In this document: positions 1 to 8,760 of the stretch, one piece after another
How the letters are laid out: each line of letters begins with the position of its first letter
Numbering within the stretch: the stretch's first letter is position 1
Source of the DNA: Tubiluchus corallicola
Taxonomy: Eukaryota > Animalia > Priapulida
Direction: 5' to 3'
DNA: 15,436 bases
NCBI GenBank assembly: GCA_030141605.1
Contig: JAQGDQ010002088.1
Span: forward strand, 1-15,436
Notes under the pieces: generated by a model
What the model was told of the DNA's origin: nothing
What the model saw: the letters and a program-made list of their open reading frames with translations, nothing else
The model's database searches: none
Made by a program: the position numbers and the translations under genes

Positions 1-325
1 TGTGTGGTGTGTAGGTGGGTGGGTGGTGTGGTGCAGTGTGGTGTTATGGTGTGGTGCTGTGCGGTGTGATGTGGTGGAGTATTATGGTGTGGGTGGTGTG
101 GTGTGGTGTGTGGGTGGTGCAGTGGTATGGTGTGGTGCAGTGTGGTGTGATGTGGTGGAGTGGTATGGTGTGGGTGGTATGGTGTGGTGTGGGTGGTGTG
201 GTGTGTAGGTGGGTGGGTGGTGTGGTGCAGTGTGGTGTTATGGTGTGGTGCTGTGCAGTGTGATGTGGTGGAGTGGTATGGTGTGGTGCAGTGTGGTGTG
301 ATGAGGTGGAGTGGTGTGGTGTGGG
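1..325. repeat. G/T-rich low-complexity simple repeat, (TGGTG)n-like, with a ~194-bp higher-order duplication
   Basis: Almost only G/T pentamer variants; the block GGTGTGTAGGTGGGTGGGTGGTGTGGTGCAGTGTGGTGTTATGG occurs at 6 and again at 200. Runs off the window start. Confidence 0.9.
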
Positions 326-604
326 TTTTGTGTTGATTTGTGCACAAAATTCTTTTTGTGGGGTTTGGCTAGTCCATAATAATTTTGTTACGTTGCATCA
401 TATTATCGTTTTATGCGCTGTGTTTTTCGTCCCCTTAAAGGTGATAAATAAAGATACTCATTCGGCCAACGACATGGTTAGTACTCGAACTTTGAACTGT
501 TTATTTATCGCTCGAATGAGTAGAGTTTATGCACAGTTAAATTTCCAATCTTTGTTTGATGAAAGATTATTTAAAATAGCCTTTTTTTAAAATGGATTGC
601 TAAT

Positions 605-645
605 GGTGCGTTCACACGTTGCAACTTTACTCCCAGAGTAAAGTT
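605..645. mobile_element. Possible orphan terminus of a PIF/Harbinger-like MITE with a subterminal hairpin
   Basis: GGTGCGTTCACAC (605) resembles Harbinger TIR starts and is followed by a perfect 10-bp stem AACTTTACTC-cca-GAGTAAAGTT (623-645). No partner TIR found. Confidence 0.3.
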
Positions 646-1432
646 ATCGAGAGAGGTCTTTACGGCTGAACGTGTCATGAGAAATGTGATTATTTTGCTA
701 TCATTTTCGCAAAGATGCATTGGACACCATCTTTGTTCACTATGAAATGCGCACGACTTTTGACAGACATGGGCAAAATTAAGGAAGGACGCGAATTTCA
801 AGAATTGTGTGGTGCAAACTAACACCGACCTTGGTCAAACTAAAGGCGAGTAATTAATGAGTGAAACACGCTGCCTGACCATGTAGTTCAAGCCGCCAAT
901 CCTGCCCAGTTTAAGTCTCGTCTCGATAGATATTGGAAAAACAATGCTGAAAAATATATAGACCCCAGGTTGCCACAATGGCAACAAAAAAACCCAGTGC
1001 TTCGCTTGGCGACACTGATCGCAGTGTCGCCACCTATTATCTATTTTTTATATTAATAAAGTAAACAATTAAGAGTGGAGAGGTTCATAAGCTATTTATG
1101 CTTAATGTCTATCCGTTGACGGTAACGGTAAAGAAAGGTAATTCTCTGATAACGTTGGGAAAATACCTGAGGTAAAGTATATACACACTGGCTGATAAGT
1201 CTTACAATATTTACAAAGTGTCACATGTAAGTAAATAACCATAGAGAGATACTTTAAGGGTAATTTAATCTATGTTCAAGGGTAATTTACCCGTTTAAAC
1301 AAATTAACATGTGTCTTTGTGTAATTTCAAACGGTCGTTAATAATGAACTTTATGGTGAACACGTGTACTATAAAGGCTAGATTTCGTCGAAGCTGCGCA
1401 CATTACACATTATACATTCGCAAGTTGCAAAA

Positions 1433-1629
1433 ATGAGTTCTTACGACGATACTGTCCTCTTTTATGTGTTTGGGGCACTAATCGCGTCCGTTACAATAAA
1501 TATTTGCTGTTTCTCTGTTGCTTTGCTTTCTAGTTTTTTCTGTAAACTTGCCTTCGCTACTCCGAAAATCTTCAGAAGCCAGAGTGACGCCATTAGCGAG
1601 AAGGAAAAGACAAAAGCTGCTGCTGTTCT
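1433..1629 (+). CDS. Exon 1 of a 304-aa TLC-domain-like (TLCD1/TLCD2-like) multi-pass membrane protein
   Basis: ATG in aaaATG context, hydrophobic N-terminal segment, and a consensus donor CT|GTAAGT at 1630. The phase-2 end (CT) is completed by the first base (A) of exon 2 to give CTA Leu in frame. Confidence 0.8.
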
Positions 1630-1644
1630 GTAAGTAGTGATAGC

Positions 1645-1894
1645 CAGGGCCTATTTCAAGGGGGGGGAGTGGGGATACTTCCCCGGGGCCTCACCCTCCA
1701 GGGGGCCTCGCGCCGTGGTAACATTATTTTTTTGCTTTACACGAACATACTGTATAACTCCATATTTTCTCTTCGAAAATGCTTCTCCGGCGTTCTAGCA
1801 GTTCAAAAATTTTCTGGGCGACCGACCCCCCCCCCACGAGGAGGCCTCACACACCTCACTTCCCTGGGCCTCGCTTAGCCTGAAATTCGCCCTG
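1645..1894. mobile_element. hAT-type MITE (family A, CAGGGC...GCCCTG)
   Basis: TIRs CAGGGCCTATTTCAAG vs reverse complement CAGGGCGAATTTCAG; GC-rich subterminal GGGCCTC motifs. Left flank GTGATAGC (1637-1644); right flank GTGAT (1895-1899), then interrupted. Confidence 0.75.
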
Positions 1895-1899
1895 GTGAT

Positions 1900-2718
1900 T
1901 TTTCTCATACTTAATTTTTTATAACTGTGCCTGCTCCACTTATGTTTTTACTTCCATACTATGCTTTTCTCACTTCATATATATTCACTTTGTTATGATT
2001 ACTTTGCTCATTGTTTCACAGTTATCATTAAGTTTTTATTATATTTTTTGAGCCATATAGTCTATTTAGTCACATAGTCAAATTTCACTACATATTTTGT
2101 TTGCTCCATTTTTCTGCACTAGTTCTTGCATTGCATAGTATTTTATCATTACGCTTAATTTGACACGATTGCATATCTTTGCTTCAGTATATTTTGTTTG
2201 AGTTTATTATGCATATTTTTTTTTCATTCACTGATTTATTATTTATGTTTTTTCTTTTTGTTTTTTTTGGTTTGACATTTTTCTAGTTTTTTATATTTTC
2301 TTCGGTTAGTTAAATGCTTTACATATTTTGTTAATCATCATTTCATATTTTTCATTTTATTTTTTTGTTGCATAGCTTATTTAGTTATTTCACTTTCATG
2401 TTTAATGTATCCCCTCCCCCCCATAAATTCATGTTAACAGCAGCACCACAAATTTTTTACAATTTTCACTAACCTGAGAAGGGTAGCTGACTCGATGACC
2501 AATTGGTCTTTCGCTACCCTTTCTCCTGCACGCCCCTTAACTCTTTCCTTTATGCTTAATTTATCCTTTTTAATCAATAACTATAAAATTAATAGTCAAT
2601 TTGTATACAGGTGTAAATGAGGAGATAAATAAAAATGTCTATGTCTATGTCTATGTCTATGTCTATGTCTATGTTTATGTCTATGTCTATGTCTATGTCT
2701 ATGTCTATGTCTATGTCT
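1900..2718 (+). mobile_element. 3'-UTR fragment of a non-LTR retrotransposon (CR1/L2-like) with microsatellite tail
   Basis: Very T-rich tract, then a stem-loop AAGGGTAGC(2479-2487)/GCTACCCTT(2513-2521) enclosing GACC-aatt-GGTC, then AATAAA (2628-2633) immediately followed by (ATGTCT)n. This is the usual 3'-end layout of CR1/L2 LINEs. 5' boundary approximate. Confidence 0.6.
2635..2718. repeat. (ATGTCT)14 hexamer microsatellite
   Basis: Directly visible, with one ATGTTT variant at 2671. Explains the MSMSMS / DIDIDI ORFs. Confidence 0.97.
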
Positions 2719-3074
2719 AGGGGTAGGCATTCACTACCAGAATTCGAATTGGAAACCGAATTTACGACTTTCGTATTCGAACCGAGTTTGAATAATTTTC
2801 GAACCATCAGTAAGAGGCGTTTTTACAAATACCATGCATATCTAAGGCACTTTTGCCTCGATTTTATCCTGCAATAAACCACTAATAATTAGTTTGAAAA
2901 TTGCGCACAAAAATCTCTACTAAATTGCGTCAATTGCTTGATGTTTAAAACTTCTTAATGACAAAAACGTACGAGGTTGAACTGCTGAATTATTCGAATA
3001 TATAATTTTAGGTTCGAATCGAATTCGAATTAAAAAAACTCGTTCGAATCGAATTCGAAAGTTCGATTTTACTA
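2718..3074. mobile_element. hAT-type MITE, family B, copy 1 (TTCGAA-rich)
   Basis: Starts TAGGGGTAGGCATTCACTACCAGAA and is colinear along its length with the copy at 10116-10490. Right TIR eroded (...TTTTACTA) and followed by GTGATAGG. Confidence 0.75.
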
Positions 3075-3094
3075 GTGATAGGCTTATATTGTTT

Positions 3095-3945
3095 TTGTGT
3101 GCACTGTAACTTAATTTGTGTGCCCACTGTAACTCAATTTGTGTGCCCACTGTAACTCACTTTGTGTACCCACTGTAACTCACTTTGTGTGCCCACTGTA
3201 ACTCACTTTGTGCATCCACTGTAACTCACTTTGTGTGCCCACTGTAACTCACTTTGTACCCACTGTAACTCACTTTATACCCACTGTAACTTAATTTGTG
3301 TGCCCACTGTAACTCACTTTGTGTGCCCACTGTAACTCAATTTGTGTGCCCACTGTAACTCACTTTGTGTACCCACTGTAACTCACTTTGTGTGCCCACT
3401 GTAACTCACTTTGTGCATCCACTGTAACTCACTTTGTGTGCCCACTGTAACTCACTTTGTACCCACTGTAACTCACTTTATACCCACTGTAACTCACTTT
3501 GTCTTTGTGTGTCCACTGTAACTCACTTTGTGTACCCACTGTAACTCACTGTGTGCCCACTGTAACTCACTTTGTGCATCCACTGTAACTCACTTTGTGT
3601 GCCCACTGTAACTTACTTTGTGTGCCCACTGTAACTCACTTTGTGTTCCCACTGGAACTCACTTTGTGTGCCCACTGTAACTCAATTTGTGTGCCCACTG
3701 TAACTCACTTTGTGTGCCCACTGCAACTCACTTTGTGTGCCCACTGTAACTCACTTTGTGTGCTCACTGTAACTCACTTTGTGTGCCCACTGCAACTCAC
3801 TTTGTGTGCCCACTGTAACTCACTTTGTGTGCTCACTGTAACTCACTTTGTGTGCCCACTGTAACTCACTTTGTGTGCCCACTGTAACTCACTTTGTACC
3901 CACTGTAACTCACTTTGTGTGCTCACCGTAACTCACTTTGTGTGC
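3095..3945. repeat. 23-bp minisatellite TGTGTGCCCACTGTAACTCACTT, ~37 units
   Basis: Directly visible head-to-tail array with 21-bp variants and a re-duplicated block of variant units; no spacers. Confidence 0.95.
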
Positions 3946-4204
3946 AGATGACACCACCCAGAGAGCATTTAGTCATTTTAAACAGAGTGTCAAAATATGT
4001 TCATTAAAAGACACGAACATTTTCTAATGATTTTTAATGCAGGTCTCAAACATTTAGTTTTTTGCTCAGATTTACACATGTTGCTGGTTTGCACGTATTA
4101 ATTAAAATGAGGATACTGGAAAATTAGCATTAGATTATTTAGCTAGTCGTGTATTTAATTACATAATTAATTACATGTAGCCTGAGTTGGTGAGGGGGTA
4201 AATC

Positions 4205-4673
4205 TATTAGAATTATATAGAACATTGTAGAATGTTCCGTTAGAATAATCGTCTTACCTTGTAGAATGTTCCGTTAGAATAATCGTCTTACCTTGTAGAA
4301 TGTTCCATTAGAATAATCGTCTTACCTTGTAGAATGTTCCATTAGAATAATCGTCTTACCTTGTAGAATGTTCTGTTAGAATAATCGTCTTACCTTGTAG
4401 AATGTTCTGGAACAAAACTTCACGGGCACCCTGTATAAGGCGAAGCAGGCCCATGAGACACACGCAGATTTCGCATGGATGCCACTTACACATTCTCTTG
4501 TATACTTGTATTTTCAGATACACTTAAACGTTTTCCAGATTTTCACGTTTAATGTAATCATTTCGCGTTCCTTCATACTTTTGTGTTGTAGAATTCTCGC
4601 TTAATAAACTAGTTTAATTTGACGAAGTGTTTTCTGGTTTTCTCTACGAGCCTTCCGAGAAAAACAAAACACA
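4205..4673 (+). mobile_element. Probable solo LTR (Gypsy/BEL-like)
   Basis: U3-R-U5-like order: tandem enhancer-type repeats, TATAAG (4434), AATAAA (4603), ends ...AAACACA. Start is either 4205 (TATTAG, perhaps from TGTTAG) or 4226 (TGTAG, which gives imperfect flanks ACAT/GCAT). No clean TSD. Confidence 0.5.
4226..4413. repeat. 34-bp tandem repeat x5.5, each unit containing GAAnnTTC
   Basis: Unit TGTAGAATGTTCCGTTAGAATAATCGTCTTACCT starts at 4226, 4260, 4294, 4328, 4362 and 4396 (partial). Confidence 0.95.
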
Positions 4674-4725
4674 GCATAAAACGAGGTTTGACTGTACTGA
4701 TTTACCCCCTCACGAACTCATGATA

Positions 4726-5047
4726 CAGTCAACCCTTGTAAAATCTGGACTAATTGGGGGGATGGGTGGTCCGGTTTAGCCGATTGTCCGATATGCCTAT
4801 ATATGGTCTATACTATACAGGAATAAACACCTTAATAAGGCCTATATACATTGCGCTATATACTATGCTGTATATTACTTTAAAATAGTTAACCTGTGAT
4901 GATAAAGAAATTATTGTACAGTTGGTAGGCCGTGTTGTGTTTAGCGTTCCGGCTCGGGCGGAAATCGGTCACTTTCCTTTACCACGGATGACGTCCGTCT
5001 TATCCGATATCTGGGCTAACGGGGTCCGGTTTAACGAGGGTCGACTG
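4726..5047. mobile_element. Tc1/mariner (pogo/Tigger-like) MITE
   Basis: TA|CAGTCAACCCTTGTAAAATCTGGAC ... GTCCGGTTTAACGAGGGTCGACTG|TA; ~24-bp imperfect TIRs and a TA TSD. Confidence 0.85.
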
Positions 5048-5291
5048 TACTACACGTAATGAATTATGCAATTAAATACATAATTAGCTAAATAATCTAA
5101 TTCTAATTTTCCATTATCCTCATTTTAATTAATACACGCAACAAGCAGCACATTTATAGTGGACTGACTGTACAATGTTCATAAAGTCAGACATATTGGG
5201 CAGCATGAATGTAAAAAGTATTTATGGTCAAATTTTTCAATTTAAATATCTGCATTGATCATATGGTACTAACTGATTTCCTTTAATGCAG

Positions 5292-6009
5292 ATTGGTTGA
5301 CACGCTGATCATACTAACACTGTCCATCATGGCTGCAGCTTTTCTCCCTGACCACTGGTCACTCACATCTTGGCACTCTCACTACGATGCCGCTCAGTTT
5401 TTTGAGGACCCTCGTCTCCGCTGCGTAGCCGTAATGTTGATGGTCAATGCCGGACGGTCACTCCACCGCACCTTCGCGGCCGCATTTGACCACACCGATA
5501 CGACGGGCTGGTTCATCACCGTGTTAGAGTCGGCAACTGCAACGGTGCTGTCTCCGTTGTTCCTAAACGAGGCGCTCATAATTGGACTAGTGGTACTCAT
5601 CATGCAGGTGACCGTATGTTTCAACAACGTGGCCAACTTCCTGCGCATGCGCAACCGTCAACGAATCGACCATACATTGCCGTACATTGCCACGTGCGCA
5701 ATTGTGACGATTCTCCTACGAGTGGTTTTATTCGTTGCTATGGTAACAACGTTCGTCGGCAAGTATTCTCTCACGTTCTGTCTCTCGCGTGACTTCATTC
5801 TACTGTTGACATGTCTGTGCTACTCGGTAGTCAACACAGGCATAATAGTTACCGTGACAACGGCGGTGATTCGTTACATCAGGAATACGGAAACGAAAGC
5901 CGAGCAGTACAGTTATAAACGATTCGACATTTTATGGGGACATGAGAAGGTAAAAACGAGGTCAATTTATGACAACCTCGCACGAGTTTCTAACTCGCTG
6001 TTGCAATGA
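5292..6009 (+). CDS. Exon 2 (terminal coding exon) of the TLC-domain-like membrane protein
   Basis: Acceptor ttcctttaatgcag| at 5291; 718-nt open frame, GC-richer than its flanks; 197+718=915 nt = 304 aa + stop. Segments LLVDTL, NAGRSLHRTF, TTGWFITVLE, GLVVLIMQVTVCF and VTILLRV are colinear with recalled TLCD1 motifs LLVSFAH, SAGYFIHDTV, RASWEYLVHH, GVLTLLVEVSNIF and MYFLFRL. Confidence 0.8.
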
Positions 6010-6305
6010 TCAGCTTTTTATAATTATATATATATATATATGATCTTTATTTGCCATAAAAAATCGATATTCATAACTATAAAAGCATAAAAGAACATGG
6101 CAGCATGAGAATAAAATTCACACAACTGTTAAAGGCAAATGCGTCCAGTGCAAACTAAAAACTACTGGGCCAAAAATTTAAAACAAAATACACATTATAA
6201 TATTACACGGAAATTATAATAGACTATATACAATATATACATATAATTTAAAACGGACGTGGGTAAATAAAATTTGTGGATGAATATATATTATCGTTTA
6301 CGTAT

Positions 6306-7255
6306 AGTAAAGAGAATCGGGAAAATGTTAAATATCTAATGATTAATGGTTCGATAATTAAAGATGCTATATGATTAATGGTTCGATAATTAAAGATGTT
6401 ATATGATTAATGGTTTGATAAAGATGTTACATATCTAGAAAAGATGCCTAGGAAGCCAGACTGCTGAACACGAGATTAAGGTGCGGCAGTCACGTGATGG
6501 CCTCTCCACTAAGAATCCCAAATACGGAAGTGGCCATACTGAACCGTCAGTCTGGTGCCAGTGCAATGCCCATTTTCCCGTGCATGCGCCGTCAGCCTGA
6601 CGCCAGTGCAATGCCCATTCTGGACCGTCAGGTTGGCGCCAGTGCAATGCCCATTCTGGACCGTCAGTCTGGCGCCAGTGCAATGCCCATTTTCCCGTGC
6701 ATGCGCCGTCAGCCTGACGCCAAAGAGGAAGCCAGGAATTCGAAGAAGTCGGCTAGTAAGACAGATCAGGTTAGGATCTCAGGAAAGAAGGCTTGACAGA
6801 TCAGGGGGCTTGGCATAGCTATGATATGTTTACACTTATATAATATGATATTGTGAAATAAACGTGTTAGTCGTCATCAATCCAGATCTTATAGCTTTGT
6901 CATCACCTCACGCCAATAAACAGCTACTGTGACCTTCATAAGTACTACCACTATACAAACAAGCTTATTAATTTTACTGGAATAACCCAGGTTCGAATCC
7001 TGGTCACGGCACCGAATGGGCATCGCACTGGCGCCAGACTGACGGTTCAGAATGGCCACTTCTATATTTGGGATTCTTAGTGGAGAGGCCGTTACGTGAC
7101 TGCCGCACCTTAATCTCGTGTTCAGCAGTCTGGCTTCCTAGGCGTCCTTCCTAGATATGTAACATCTTTAATTATCAAACCATTAATCATATAACATCTT
7201 TAATTAACAAACAATTAATTATTAGATATTTAACATTTTACCGATTCTCTTTACT
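6306..7255. mobile_element. 950-bp non-coding element with long TIRs, AGT...ACT termini and 5-bp TSD (Polinton/Maverick-like ends; class uncertain)
   Basis: Left TIR 6306-6574, right TIR 7015-7255 (AGTAAAGAGAATCGG... / ...CCGATTCTCTTTACT); TSD CGTAT at 6301-6305 and 7256-7260. Removing the element plus one TSD restores the LINE frame (..ENPTY-VNDNIYSSTNFIYPRPF*). Internal 37-45-bp repeats at 6544-6722. Confidence 0.9.
6983..7013 (+). pseudogene. 3' fragment of tRNA-His(GUG): variable loop, T-arm, acceptor 3' strand, discriminator and CC
   Basis: TAAC-CCAGG-TTCGAAT-CCTGG-TCACGGC-A-CC has a perfect 5-bp T-stem, the B-box GGTTCGAATCC, and the TCACGGCA end recalled for metazoan tRNA-His. The 5' half is absent, so this is not a tRNA gene. 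Confidence 0.8.
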
Positions 7256-8760
7256 CGTATGTTGGGTTTTCAAAACGAATTAATGTATGTGTTTTTAATT
7301 TTGATTTGAACTCGTCGAAAGACTTGATTTGTTTTAAATTTGATGGCAGGGTATTCCAAATTTGAACTCGTTGTTTAGTGATAGAATTGCTGCCGTATTT
7401 GTTATTAGTGCGTATTTGTTTAATATTGTGTGTTCTTGGATTTAATGTTGCCTCCAAGAGGAGTGGAAGTTTATTTTTGACGAAGGGCCTGTTCATATTG
7501 TTGATGTATTTATATAAAAACAGGATTGTGTAGAAGTCTTTACGTGCTTGTAAAATTGGGATTTTAAACATTGTTCTTAATTCTGTTGCAGAGGTTTGAT
7601 TTGTTATGAGGGACGTTTTATTTAATTAGCCAGCGACTAATCTTAATGCAGACTAATTAGTTTGTTATAGCTGTCTCTTGAAACTTCATGAAAAAGTGTG
7701 CATCCGTATAAAAAGTGAAATGAGAGTTTTAAAAATTAATAACTTTGTCTCTTTAGTTAGTTGATCTTTTACCTGCCGTAAGTAGGACGTTCCGCATGCC
7801 ATTTTATCGTAAATTTTATTAAAGTGGTTATCCTAAGAAAGTTTGTTATCTACACAGATACCAAGAAAACTTACATTGTTTTTCTGTTTTATTATGCTAT
7901 TTTCAACTTTTATTGAAGTTTTATTGATGTGTTAGTGTTTTAGATATATTGTTAATATAAAGACAGAAAAGTAAGGGACCCAAAAGTGTGCCTTGTGGTA
8001 TGCCCTGCTGTAATGTTAGCCATTCTGAGAGCGTATTTGTGGATAATTTAACTCTTTGTTTTCTGTTTCTGAAGTAACTGTTAATAAACTTTAATGAAGT
8101 TGCATCAAATCCTAATGATTTTAAATTGTCTTTCAAAAGATTGTGGTCTAGGCTATCAAAGGCTTTACTTAAGTCTAAAAATGCGGCTACAACATATTTA
8201 TTTTCATTTAAGTTTGATCTCCAGTTTTCAGTTGCATATATGATGGCATCAGTAGTTGTTTTCGTCTAAAACCAAATTGATGTTTACTAAGTATATTTTT
8301 TACGTTTATATATGAATTCATTTGTTCATATAGTACTTTTTCCAAAATTTTTCCAAAACAATGAACAACGGATATAGGACGGTAATTAACATGGTCAGTC
8401 GATGAGTCTTTTTTGTGGACTGGTGTTACATTGACTAGCTTACAAATACTGGGGAATTCACTGCGCATGATCATTTGGTTTGCAATGTAGGCAACATGAG
8501 GTGCTATTATAATTTAACGTCACATTATTTTCATGGAAGACGTATCATAATCAAAACTAGTACTACCTGCTAATCACAATTTATTGATACAAATAATTAT
8601 GACATCTGTATTAATTTATGACAAAAACAATGCATATACACTTTTCTTATATATTGGTCATATTTACAAATTTTACAGTAATTTATAGACATCCACAGTA
8701 TTTAACGTAATGGTTACTGCTATCGTAGGCGTGTGAGTTACACTAATACGGTGAGATTAG

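Larger units (their letters stand above)
4066..5170. mobile_element. Foldback/palindromic non-autonomous element with ~130-bp inverted arms, hosting nested insertions
   Basis: 4075-4180 is the reverse complement of 5050-5155 (e.g. GTATTAATTAAAATGAGGATAnTGGAAAATTAGnATTAGATTATTTAGCTA). The pairing continues inward as TGAGTTGGTGAGGGGGTAAATC (4183-4204) vs 4699-4720 (21/22) once the MITE at 4726-5047 is removed. Right end ...GGACTGACTG|TA; left end eroded. Confidence 0.7.
6026..8506 (-). mobile_element. 5'-truncated, decayed CR1/L2-like LINE (reverse transcriptase pseudogene), interrupted by the element at 6306-7255
   Basis: Minus-strand fragments carry RT motifs: IAPHVAYIANQ..FPSICKLVNVTPVHKK..NYRPISVV..GKILEK..QFGFR, FLDLSKAFDSLDH, GIPQGTLLGPLLFCLYIN, FLGICVDNKL and C-terminal WNTLPSNLK..FKSKLK. 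It has frameshifts, stops and an internal deletion removing the YADD motif. 3' end is AATAAA-GATC-(AT)n at ~6052-6026; candidate TSD TTATAATT at 6018-6025 and 8507-8514. Confidence 0.9.

Noticed and set aside
2-590. Val/Trp/Cys/Gly-rich ORFs at the window start
   Set aside because: They are translations of the G/T simple repeat and lack stops only because of base composition.
2589-3864. ORFs MSMSMS, DIDIDI and CAHCN-repeat (CxxC-like) peptides
   Set aside because: They are by-products of the hexamer microsatellite, MITE B and the 23-bp minisatellite.
5394-5654. Antisense 86-aa ORF over exon 2
   Set aside because: A shadow ORF of the GC-richer coding strand with no independent support.
6435-6818. 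Three overlapping repetitive ORFs inside the TIR element
   Set aside because: They arise from 37-45-bp GC-rich repeats that are open in several frames; no transposase, integrase or RT motifs.
6940-7013. Complete tRNA-His gene
   Set aside because: No 5' acceptor strand (GCCGTGA), D-arm/A-box or anticodon arm upstream; only the 3' 31 nt are present.
7251-8474. Active reverse transcriptase or retron-like system
   Set aside because: Frameshifts, stops, 5' truncation and deletion of the YADD region mark it as a dead LINE copy.
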